Assembly: GCA_040954595.2 (NCBI GenBank)
Contig: CM082585.2
Span: forward strand, 7,217,808-7,281,807
DNA: 64,000 bases
Direction: 5' to 3'
Origin: Balanoglossus misakiensis
Taxonomy: Eukaryota > Animalia > Hemichordata
Shown: positions 11,659 to 23,200 of the stretch, one piece after another
How the letters are laid out: each line of letters opens with the position of its first letter
Position numbering within the stretch: the stretch's first letter is position 1
The notes under the pieces: generated by a model
The model's database searches: none
Told to the model about the DNA's origin: nothing
Seen by the model: the letters and a program-made list of their open reading frames with translations, nothing else
Translations under genes and position numbers: made by a program

Positions 11659-12302
11659 GTTCTACCACAAGTGAAATGACAATCGATGCCAAGAGACATG
11701 GAATCGCTATTGTTTTGGTGTGAATTCGAACGAACTATGATGACGACAATGTTAAGTAGCATACCATCCATTCATCAACGAGGTAGGTATCAATATCATC
11801 GCACGGAAATGTAGTTTTTTTACAAGTGAACTTTTGAAATCGACAAATCCTGCAATGTACATGTTTTTACTAGCTCACCAAACCCCTGGTTTTCTACGCA
11901 ATTTTCCATTCATCACTTCTGGAAAACTTTGATCCCGAAGTAAAAAACGACAACATTTATATTACAGGCTAGACTGAATCATGATGTGACGAAAAATGCT
12001 AAAAAAATAACATAATTTTTGTGGTAACATTTAGTTTTCCGAACCCTAATCTCCTTACAACATTATCATGTCAGTGTTTGGCAATGTTTGGCAATTAAAT
12101 TGTTGGCAATGATGCTGAGGAAGTCTTGTTAAAATGTGTAAGTTTATGCAACAACTGAACAATATACGTACACATGATAAATACGTGAACTTGAAGCATC
12201 GTAAAGTATTTTTCATATCCGTGACACTTCTGTTGTTTTCCTCTGTTTTAGGCCAGGGGGGAACAACCATTTTACCAGATTGGCTGAAGAGGCACATGCA
12301 CC

Positions 12303-12580
12303 ATGAAGCCTGGCCTCCTCCATCATTTGGGACTAGCAACCATCGTGATTGCTGTCTCTCTGGTTACCTTAGTAACCCCAGCCTGCCCACCAACAACGGA
12401 TTACTCCATGGCTGATGGAGAGACACACATATTTGCCTCTCCCAGGTGGCCCAGAAGTTACCTGAGCAGTGAATACTGCAGTTACCATTTGAGCACCATA
12501 CCTGGTAAGTCTGACTAGAGTTATAGCATCCACAGGCGAACTGAGCATTCTAGTCATAAGAAAGTCTTAATTTTGTGGAT

Positions 12581-12616
<36 letters not shown>

Positions 12617-12632
12617 GTGGTGGTGATGATGA

Positions 12633-12693
<61 letters not shown>

Positions 12694-12755
12694 GGATGGT
12701 GGTGATGATGATATGATGATGATTGATGATGATGATGATGATGGTGATGGTGATG

Positions 12756-12787
<32 letters not shown>

Positions 12788-15132
12788 GATGATGATGGTG
12801 ATGGTGATGGTGATGGTGATGGTGATGATGATGATGATCTTTACATGTTGTCTTGAGACCTGTGTTCCTGGCCAATGTAGCAAGGGTGAAGAGAACAGAT
12901 GATAGCAAGCCAGCGTCACTTAAACTTCTGCACTCTTCACAGGTAATAAAATTTACATCAAGTTCCTGGAGTTTGGCGTGGAGCAACACGTCTCGTGTAC
13001 ATACGACAAGGTCAAAATCTTCGACGGTGCCTACACGACAAACTCATCATTTGGCAAATACTGCGGCCAAGCACCACCCCCAGCTGTTCTGAGCTCGGCC
13101 GAGGACGTCCTAGTGACCTTTGAGAGTGACCCAACGTTGAATGACGACGGCTTCAGAGGTGTTGCAGTCAGTATCGGCAGCGGAACTTACGACAGTAAGA
13201 AGATTTTTTTCTCCATCTTTATTTCTTCACAGATGTAAACATTCACAGCGTTTCAAGGGATTACATCACTGATGATTTAAATTACCATCCATTAATCAAA
13301 TACAAAAAGTTTTTATCCCTTCACAAATATGGTTTGGTCCAACTCCATTGTTCTCAATCTGAGTGTTGGACCTCTATAAAGAGGTATAAGATGAAAGGGT
13401 TGAGCCCATCTACACCTGAAACTGAAGATTAATATCAGATTTTAAAAATCATTTGATTTTCAGACGGGCTTACTGAAGAAGTCAGTGTGACGACAATAAA
13501 TGAAGAGAAGGGGACACTGATGTCAGAGGGCTACCCTTACAAGTACAAGGCTTCGCATCATGAACAGTTTGTGGTGACATCAACAGAAGATGGGAGTCTG
13601 CTTAGGGTAAGGATTCCTACAGTCAGTTCAGTGAGACATAGACAGGTTGCATCCCACCCTTAACCCTTTCACCACCATGGACTGGTCCAAATCCATTGTT
13701 TTCAATTCTATGGTAAAAGTTAGACCTCTAAAAGAGGGTACTGGGGGTGAAAGGGTTAATCCACATCGTCTCTGTTACACTCACAGATCTCGTTCCGGGA
13801 TTTCGATGTGGAGCCCTCGTACGGATGCAAGTTTGATTATGTGGCCGTCTACGATGGCAACTCCACAACGGACCAGCTGATTGGCCGGTACTGTGGAGGA
13901 AAGGATGACCAGCCACCCAAACCCATCCAGTCGACAACCGAGTCGTTGTGCGTGGAGTTCGTGACTGACGACTCCAATGAGTTTGCGGGTTTTCTGGCAG
14001 ATTTCGCGACCGTGCCTGTGGGTTCACAACTTACGAGTAACAACGATGGTAAGCTTGTAATTTAATTTGTCACATTTTCATACTCAGTGCATACATGCTT
14101 TAAAGGCAGGACAGTGTGTTTGAGAATAACGCGATGCTGGATATATTTCTGTTGTTCTGACAGATGGCAATGCCTGCCAGTATTATGACTTCCCTTGCTT
14201 GAATGGTCAGTGCGTTCATGAAGCTCTCATCTGTGACGGCATTGATGACTGCGGTGATGGTTCGGATGAGTTTTGTCTCAGACCAAGTAAGTCAAAGTGG
14301 TGGTAGTTATTAAAGGGACAGTACACGTTAGTTATTAAAGGGACAGAGGTGTACTGTTTGATTTTATTTGTGATTTCAAAAAAGTTGTTTATCATCTTTT
14401 GATTTTGCCGCCATGGGACATGGTACACATGCTTGATTCGTCATTTAAAACTTCAGACAATAGCACAGGTAGATACCAGCTGTTGTGATAATCTCCTAAT
14501 TGTTTTTCAATTCCTTTTTTTTATCTCTACAGAGATCACTTCATCTGACGCTGGCGCCCTGGTGTTTGTTGCTTGTTTCATCGCAGCTGCTGTTCTCTGC
14601 ATCGTAGTGGCTACAGTTGTGTTTTGCTACAATGCTAAGAAGCAGAATAGGTACTGACACACTTTTTAGATCCACCCCATTGCAGCAGAGACAGGGTGCA
14701 GTCATTGTCATATTTAAACGAGCTGGAAGGCCCCCATCAACAACTCATTTTTATCAGCCAAACAACTCCACATTATACAGACACTGGGAAGCAACTTTCT
14801 CTTTATCCCTGTCATGCTGTTTCTTCCCATAAAAGTAAAACTTTACCATGGGGCTATACATGTATTTGCATTTTCCATGGTAACCGTGGTTAAATTCGCA
14901 TAGGTGAGCGCACACCTTGAAACTTTGGTGTTACAGTGAAAGGATTATTTCACAGTTTCGACCGTATCCACTTCATTTTTTTTTCAGGACTAGGAACCAC
15001 ATGGTCGAGTTCTCCAGAAGCCAAAATGGGATGGCCTCCCATTCCGTACACTCAACAGTACCTCTGGCACCGGGACAACACATGGAGAAGGGGATCGGAT
15101 TATCATACATCACATATGCCACGCCAAGATGA
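12303..15132 (+). CDS. Neto-like (neuropilin and tolloid-like architecture) CUB-CUB-LDLa-TM protein, ~414 aa; 7 coding exons
   Basis: Exons 12303-12504, 12943-13194, 13464-13606, 13787-14048, 14164-14286, 14533-14650, 14988-15132 (1245 nt in frame). CUB motifs [10 protein letters not shown]...[11 protein letters not shown]...GKYCG...VTFESD...DGFRG and [11 protein letters not shown]...GRYCG...VEFVTD...AGF. LDLa [60 protein letters not shown]. Confidence 0.85.
12581..12838. repeat. Compound (GAT/GGT)n microsatellite in an intron
   Basis: Directly visible; it generates the spurious poly-His/Met/Asp ORFs. Confidence 0.95.
13317..13399 (+). mobile_element. Degenerate piggyBac-type MITE copy
   Basis: CCCTTTCA...TGAAAGGG termini; internal tggtccaa.tccattgtt.tcaat...gacctct shared with 13664-13755. 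Confidence 0.6.
13664..13755 (+). mobile_element. piggyBac-type MITE, 92 bp
   Basis: TTAA|CCCTTTCACC...GGTGAAAGGG|TTAA: TTAA duplication with CCC termini. Confidence 0.8.
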
Positions 15133-15806
15133 ATTTGGGATAATTCAAAGTCGTCTGCTGTAGAGATTACATGGCACTTAAAAATAAAGAACAATTTCGA
15201 AAAGATCTGTATTCGTGTCTGTAAGTTCTTCAACTTTATCTAGCATGCTTGACTTCATTTGTTGGCTCTCATGACTAGATGTTTAAAGTTTTATTTTTTT
15301 GTGAAAACAACAGGCTGTATTAGTTTTGACCGTTGGGGGCAAAATTCCATGTACACACATTGTACTCCAAATTGACTGAAGTCAGAAACTGAATACAAGT
15401 CCTGACAAAGGACACTAACTTAAAATACTTTATGCAATTAACAAATATTTTGGATCACTAATAATAATAATAACAAACAGGCCATGCAAATTGCAAAAGA
15501 CTATTTATTTAAAAAAAATAACAGAAAATATAAATCAAAGATATATGTAGTAGATGCAATCTTTTACACAAGAAGAAAATTTTGATTATATGAGCATATG
15601 TTTAGTAAAATCATAGACAGCATGCAGTCCTAAAGGGTAAAATTTAAAATACAATTTCTCTTTGTATGCTAGAGAATGTTGAAAGTTAAAATTATAGCGT
15701 CTTTCATAATTGTGTTAATTAAAGCTCAACTATCTGTAATTGTTTCTATATTATTCTTCGTATGATACACCAAAAAAAACACAACACTTTAAAAATGAGC
15801 TATTAA

Positions 15807-15978
15807 AGGTACACGGTCACCTCCAATTTACATCTGTCCATAAATGGCAAATCTGGGTGTTCTTAAGAACATATGGTGGCGCTATTTTTTGTGTGCCACC
15901 CACTGAAAATCTGTGATTGGCTAGATCTCAGTCTGCCATAGTAACTGTAGTTAAATTTCCATAGGTGACCGTATACCT
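15807..15978 (+). mobile_element. MITE, Kolobok/T2-like, copy 3
   Basis: TTAA|AGGTACACGGTCACC...GGTGACCGTATACCT|TTAA; same orientation as copy 1. Confidence 0.85.
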
Positions 15979-16334
15979 TTAACTATGAGCAAAAATAAAA
16001 TGGTTTTCTGAAAAGTTTACAAACAAACCATAAAATGGCAAAAATATAAACATTGGTAGATTCTCAGAGAAAAAAATAACCCACTGAAATAGCCTAAAGT
16101 TAATGAAACAGATTGTCAAACTGAAGTTGAGATTTGAATTTAATAATGCTGTTGACCACAATTTCAACATATTCTAGATGATAAACAAAACACAAATTCT
16201 GAAGAAGAAAAACAGCAAACAAAAGTCACAGCTGCTGTTCAAGTAATATACTATAGTTGAATGTCTAATCAATTTTTAAAAGTCACACAAATGAATAAAG
16301 AGATATTGCAACCTGCCCAAAGCAAGCAAAATAC

Positions 16335-16427
16335 CAATCTGATTAAAATCAGATGTAGGGAACGGCGACGTAGGCGACAGCATAAAAAAAACGTCGCCGT
16401 TCCCTACATCTGATTTTAATCAGATTG
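16335..16427. mobile_element. 93-bp foldback MITE with perfect 37-bp TIRs and a 9-bp target-site duplication (Mutator-like)
   Basis: gcaaaatac|CAATCTGATTAAAATCAGATGTAGGGAACGGCGACGT-19 nt-ACGTCGCCGTTCCCTACATCTGATTTTAATCAGATTG|gcaaaatac. Confidence 0.85.
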
Positions 16428-17287
16428 GCAAAATACCTAAACTAGCTTCAGTACATCTAATTATATTAATTTTGTGCATTGCTCTACTGGTATTATTTCT
16501 TATTCCAAAACTTTGACTATTTTTAAATGTATGATGCTAATCTGTGGCAAGCATTTTACAATCTATGGTCACAGCTGTCAGAAAAACACCATAAACAAAG
16601 ATTTACACTGATATTTTTTTAAAGTTCCATAATACATTATTTGTATAGAATCACTTTTTAGTACACATACATTGAGACAGTGTGTGCTATGGTATATACA
16701 CACTTCCAAATTGTGAATTCAACTGATAGCTTCTGTTTGAAAATTTTGCTGAGAATTTCAGATGTATGTATCATGATTCTATGTACTTCAGCAAACCAAA
16801 CAACAAAAGAACAAACAGAATACATGCAGTGTTATTGTTATAAAGAAACTGCATTCAAGTCAACATTAATATGCAAAACTATGCATACATGTGACCAGCT
16901 CCTGATTATGATTGGATAAGACTGATAGCTGCTCTGAATTGAAGATCTTTAAAAAATTGCTATACAAGTCCTAAACAAAAATGGATTTTTCTTCAACAAC
17001 CAATTTTGCCCTTCCCTGTAATATTTGTATACAGTTTCAATAATTTTAAAAATTTAAAAATTGTAAAATATGATGAGAGACTTTTCACCGAAGCTTATGG
17101 TCAATAATAAACAACATTTTAAAGAGTTAATTTCTTTCATCTGAAAATTGTGTTTAAATTTGCACCAGAACAATCAATATTACTTGCTTACAATAAAACA
17201 TCCAAGATCTAATTTTAAGTTAAATTATCAACTATTATTTTTTCAATTTCATTTTGGATATAATATAATTGGTTATTTCATGGTGAT

Positions 17288-20200
17288 TTATAAACTTGTG
17301 TTTCTCAATTCCATTTTTGTGACTCTGATTGGTTCAATATCAATGTCCTGCTGCGATCTTGTCTTGGATGCCAAACGAGATCTGTTCATCATGAAGGTCT
17401 TCGACTGTTTGTCGGAAGACCGCCTGGGTCTGTCTTCATCTTCAAACGCGTAACTGTGTCGCAGCTGCCGCTCTTGGGTTTTCCGTTTGCGGGCCTGCTG
17501 TTGTCTCCTCCGCACGTCGGTGTCCGAATCGCCGCTTTCGCTTCTCGACATGGCCGGCTCCGAGTAACCCTTCTGGAGACGCCCTCGGCGCGCAACGCCC
17601 CGGTCGCCGGAGTTGGATCTGTGTCGCCGGTCGTACCTGGAACTCGACGCCTGCGACAGCGAAGAGCACAGGCTCTCGTCGTCGTCGTCGTAGTAGTCCC
17701 TCGGGGGTGCTAGTTCTCTTTCCCGAAAGAACGAGCTGTCACTCCTGTTGTCGTCGTCTGCCACTTGCTGTGGGGCTGCAGTGCTGGGGTCTCTTTCCAT
17801 TATCGGTGACAGCTCCTCTTGCTTTCTTGTCTGTGTCTGCTGCTGTCTTAGTTCGTCTGGAAATGACCTTGGCCTGTCATAAGCGCCATGGTCGACTGGC
17901 GGATGTCTGTCCTGCTCTGTCTGCGTCCCTTGTGTTTTAGAGTCATCTTCTTCTCTGTCTGGTTGGCTTGGAGTTGTCTTCGAAGACTGGGGTTGCTGCG
18001 GTAACTGTTCCTCCTCTTGCTGGTAGTATGTGATCGGCATCTGTTCAACCACGCGTTGTGATGGGACTCCTACCTCTTCTGCAGTCACCTGATCATGAGA
18101 GGTTGCGGTCGCTGTGTTCACGTACGTGTCTGCCACCTCGGGAGATCCGTACTGTCGCGGAACCATATATGAGTCATCGTCCATGTTCTCTTGTCCGTTC
18201 CATGGTGAATCGTAGTCGTGCACCACTTGCTGTTTGGCTGCTGCTGCTGGTGGTGCTTGCTCCTGGACCTGCATTTTAGGATCCAACGGTGGGCCTTCTT
18301 TATCGTCGTGGTAAGGTTCCAAAGCTTGCGGCGGTGGAGTTGGGAAGGATGGGGAAAGTTCTCCTGATTCTGACTGGGGTGTGAAGAGTTTCGGCGGTGG
18401 CGGCGGCGGTGGTGGTGGTGACTGTGGGACAGTGTCATGGGAAGGGTCATCTTCGCTTCCTTTCTCAGGTTTCTTTTTGTGGTGTTCACTAATGGTCGCG
18501 TAAACCGGTTCTTTTGCCGAGCCGTGCGGTGGGTCATCTTGCCCTGATTTGACGCCGGCATTGCCTACATGATCTGACGCGATCGCAGGGTCTTCTTGTC
18601 TGTCTGCAGGCGGGTCCTTTGCTGTGTGGACTTGGTCTGCATCTGCTGTTTGGACATCTCCGGTTTTGGGTCTTTCTGCTTGACTGCTTTCACCTTTGTG
18701 TTCGTCATCATGTAATTGATCCCCGGATGCTGCCCTCATGACAGTATGAACCTCGGTCTTCTGAATCGGTTGCAGTTCCTCACCTTCACGAGCTGGAAGT
18801 TTGATCAGAGTCGCCCTTTTCCCACTATGTTTCGCGTGATCATATTGGCCTTCCTTCTTTTTACGTTTGTCCTTTTTCTTTGACACGTATATGTCTTCTT
18901 TTGGTTGTTCTTGTTTTCCTTCCTCAAGTGCAGCAGCTTTCTCGGCGTGCATTTGCTCCTTCTTCTCCAGAGTTGAGACTTTCACCGATCTTGGTTCATC
19001 ATAACCGTGAGGTGTAGCTTCAGGGGATTTTTTTACTTCCTTATCTTTGGCTTGATGCGTAGCAACAACTGCCCCCGCTACCACGGCTTCCTTGGGTACT
19101 TTTTTGGCCTTTTTGGATTTGACTTCATGTTCCGCATCAACCGCCATTGCCGCGGACTGGTACTGCTGTTCTTTACCTTTCTTTGCATGCACTTTCACTG
19201 GCTTGGCACTTTTCTCTGGCTTTTTGCTTTTCACCTTTTTGCTACTCTTAGGACTGTCCTGTTTTTCGACTTCCTTCACCGACGTCTTCTTCTGCAACTT
19301 TTCTGCATCTTTCTCAGCTTTCTTGGCTTCTTTTGCCGCCTGCTTGTCTTTCTTCTTTGCCATTTTCTCTTCTTTGTGTTTCGAAGGTGACTCAATGAGG
19401 AAGTTGAAGATCCCAAGTTTTTTACCCTTCTTTTGCTTGCCGGCCTTCGGATCAGCTTCTCTCGGTGAAGGTGTAGCCTTACTCACGGGTCTCGCCTTTG
19501 GTGTTTGCTGGGGATCTTTTGGCTTTGTCGCAGCAGCAGCTACGACTGCAACCTTCTTCTTGTCGATGCTTGTAGGTTCCTTGCGTGCTGGCTTGCTGTC
19601 ACCCTGCCCTTCTGGTTGTTTCTCTGACCCAGTGGTTTCCACGGTCGTTGGAGTTACAGTGACGTGGGACACCTCAGCTTCACTCTCATCAGTTATGCTG
19701 TAGATCATGATGCTTTCTTTGGTTATTCTCTCCCCAGTTTCGTCTATCATCGAATCCTCTGTGCCAGTTGTCACGTCGCCTTGTGAGGGCAGTGTCATAT
19801 TCGCCTCCTGGTCATCTTCGGGTGACTCAGCGTGCTTCCTCTCACCTTCAGTCACAGGTGTGCTCAGAATCACATCTGGCACAGGTAATTCACTGTCTTG
19901 GACACCTGGCTGCTTCTCTGTTGAAGATGCGGCAGCCGCAGCTAAAGGTGTACTTGAGGGCAGCGTGTCAAACCTCGAGTCATCCAGTTCCCCACTTGTG
20001 TCCCCAAGGTGCCCTTCCATCTCGCTGTTAATACTCTGGTCACCCAGCGTCAAGTCCTCCTCGCTCTGGATGACTGGCTGTTGTTGTTTATCCTGGTATG
20101 AAAGTGCCACGCTTGCCATGATGGCTTGGACCATATCAGCATCTTCATCCTCTCTTTCGCCAGCATTTTCCTCTGTGTATTCAACTGCACAGTAGTTCGT

Positions 20201-23200
20201 TGTGTCTATGACATCTGCAGTTTGTCCTCTTCTTGTATCATCATCATCTATAAGGCCTTCATGCTGTCCTGGTTCAGGCAACTCTCTCATTTCGTCGTCT
20301 TCACCGCTAACCACCACCACGGGCGTCGGCGGGTGCATTTCCGGGGAGCCTGGAGGTGTGGCAACAGCGATGTATTCGTGTAAGTCTTCATCCTGCTTGT
20401 TAAGGAGAAGTCTGTGCGGTGGCGGTACCATCGGCAGCGGCGGTGGTTGTGACTCTGTGGACGTGTTCTGCTGAGATGAATCATCTTCTTGAAGCTCTTC
20501 TTCGATCGGGTAAATGGGATGGGAAACCGGTGGGGGCGGCGGTGGCGAATGGGGTGGTGAAGTTGATGTGACTTGTGCAGAAAACGACGGGGATTCTTCA
20601 AGTTGCTGTTCTGCTGTCTCGATTCTTATGGGTGCAACCTCATCAGCGAATTGCGCAGGAGGAGGCGGGGCAGATGACACCGATTGGCTGGTTTCTCCAT
20701 GTTCACGTTCGCGCTGCTTAGGTGGCGGGGGAGGTGGGACAGACGGCTTCTTAGGAAGTCTCTCGTCTGATTCTTCGTCACTCGACAGGACTACTGAAGC
20801 TGAAGTCGACGAGGATGCTGAACTTTGGGTCGATGAGACAGAGTCCCTTCTCTCTCTTTCCAAGTCTCCCTCGGAAGGCTCTTCAGGTATCACGACAATT
20901 TCAGGTTTCTGTGCCACTAGGGCTGATTCGGTAGGAACTGCCTTGGCAACTGTAAACACCAACTCCTTGTGTACTTCCTCGGGAGGAGACTCTTCAATGT
21001 ACATCTCCATAGTTTCTTGTCCCTCGTCTCTTTCTGTCTGTATAGATTCGTTTGGCATAGAGAAGGCAACAACATCTTCCTTTTCTTCTAGATACATCTC
21101 TGTGGTGAGTTGTCCATCGTTTCGCTGTGTTTTCATAAATTCGTGAGGCATAGAAAAGACGAGTATGTCCTCTTTTTCTGCAATGTACCCTTCCACAGTT
21201 TCGTGTCCATCGTCTCGTTCTATTTGAACACATTCATCAGTCATAGAAAAGACAAGTGCATCCTCTTTCTCCATTATGTACATTTCCACAGTTTCTTGCC
21301 CTTCGTCTGTCTCTGTCTGGATAGTTTCACAAGGCATAGATATAACATGTATATCTTCTTTTTCTATGTCTTCGGGTTCAGATATCAGGGGAAGCGTGGC
21401 GGCAACAGGTACAATTGCTGTGTCGATCAATTGTATTTCTTCTTTCGCTGCACCCTCTTCTGCCTTGGTACCGGATGAATGTGAGGAGGAGGAGGAAGCA
21501 GAGGAGGAGGAGGAGGAAGAGGAAGATGATGACGATGAAGATCGTGAACGTCCCTCAACTGATTCTGGTGCCGTTTCCTCGGGTTCAACCGGTGGTGGGG
21601 GCGGTGCTATTGACGTGTTCCCGGCGGTCCCCTGTTCGCTTGCCTCGCTGCGAGGAGGTGGTGGTGGCCGCAGTGGGTAGAACACCACAGGTTCCCTCTC
21701 TTGGCGCACAGGCTCTGGTTTATGGCTCGGGGTCATCAACACGCTGATTGCATCATTGACATTGTCAACGGGCTTGCCGGTGGAACCTGATCTCCACCTG
21801 TAGTCAGGTGACATGTGGTGGCCAACGGGGCTACCACTTTCACTGCCGCTGGTTGGAGAGTCAGGAGGAGGATCAATGCCCAATAAGAAGCGGTACTTCT
21901 CGTATCTCCGTGTTCGACGGACACTGGCATATCTGTCTTCTTTATATTTTGATTGTACAAGGCTACTGATAAGTGCCGCTTCGGACTTCTGTGGTGCAGG
22001 CTCCCCGTTATTGTCCATAGTCGGAGGTTCTGCTTTCGGTGCATCTAGTTGTCGTCGTGGGGTTGCTTTGACTATTGGCTCTGCTTTCTTTTCTATCGGA
22101 TGAGCTGATAGGGCAGTGTCTTTGACGGGTGCCGACTTTGTCTGCATGGTATCAGCTGCTCTTTTCTGTGTGAGTGAGCTTTCAACTTTAGCTTTAATTG
22201 CAGGGTCATCGGCAGTAGCCTTTACTTTGGCTGCAACAAGACCACTAGTAACAACAATGCGTTTTACTTCATTGTCGTTACTTTTCTGATCAGAGTCTGG
22301 CTTTACCATAATGGTTGGTTGTTGGTCATCTTTGCTTTCTGAGTCCGCATAAGGAATATTCAAATTATTATGATCATCCTGTGCGGTTCTGCCATTGCGG
22401 TGGTCATCTTCAACGTCAAAGATGACGGCGTGCTCTGGGTCGTCTTCGATTGAAAGCCAACTGTCTCGGTGGCCTGAAGTGTTTTCTTCCGCTTCTTCGG
22501 GAATATCTTCAAATTTTCCAACATCATGGGCAATATCACTTAGCGTCAGTCCCTTCGATTCGCCGGATACAGCAGTCCCATCCCGGGCTTGTCGCTGTTT
22601 GACTAGCGGCGTCGGAGCTGCATTCTCTCGTAGCTTGGTTGGCAAGAGGCCGAAGACGGACTCCAAGTGACCGAGCGTTGCAGTCTCTCTGAATACGTCG
22701 TGCAGCTTCACTTTGGACAGGTTCACGAGTCTCTTTTGCTGATACAGCTGCACAGCTTCCGGGGAGAAGAGGGTCGGGTCCAAGCGCACAACATTGCATC
22801 GCGGATGCGGTCGATTTTTGTACCACTCGAATTCGGCAAGTCGCTGTATCAAGGCGTCGGGGATGTTCTCCCAGAAGCAGGGATAGATTAGCGGCTTGTC
22901 CAGCTGGATGGGGACTATGAAGACACCGGGAAGGTAGTCCAGGTCGTGTTTCACCTGGAGCACGCGGCTGAGCAGCACGGCCCGTATGAAGTGTCTGGTG
23001 AACAGCAGGCCTCGGTCGAAGTACTCGGCTATGGAGTCCATCAGCTCAAACTGCAAGATGCAATAGTGTCCGTGGTTTCTGACCACCGCGTCGGCGATAC
23101 CCTTGCAGTAGCGCAGGTGTCCATTCTTGCCAACCTCCACCATCCAGCAGAAGAGGCTGTGCTCCGAAGTCACGAACTGGATCCCGCCGAACTGCTTGCG

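Noticed and set aside
12554-12989. Poly-His/Ile/Met/Asp ORFs (also at 4811-5011 and 61214-61468)
   Set aside because: They are translations of trinucleotide microsatellites in introns or intergenic DNA.
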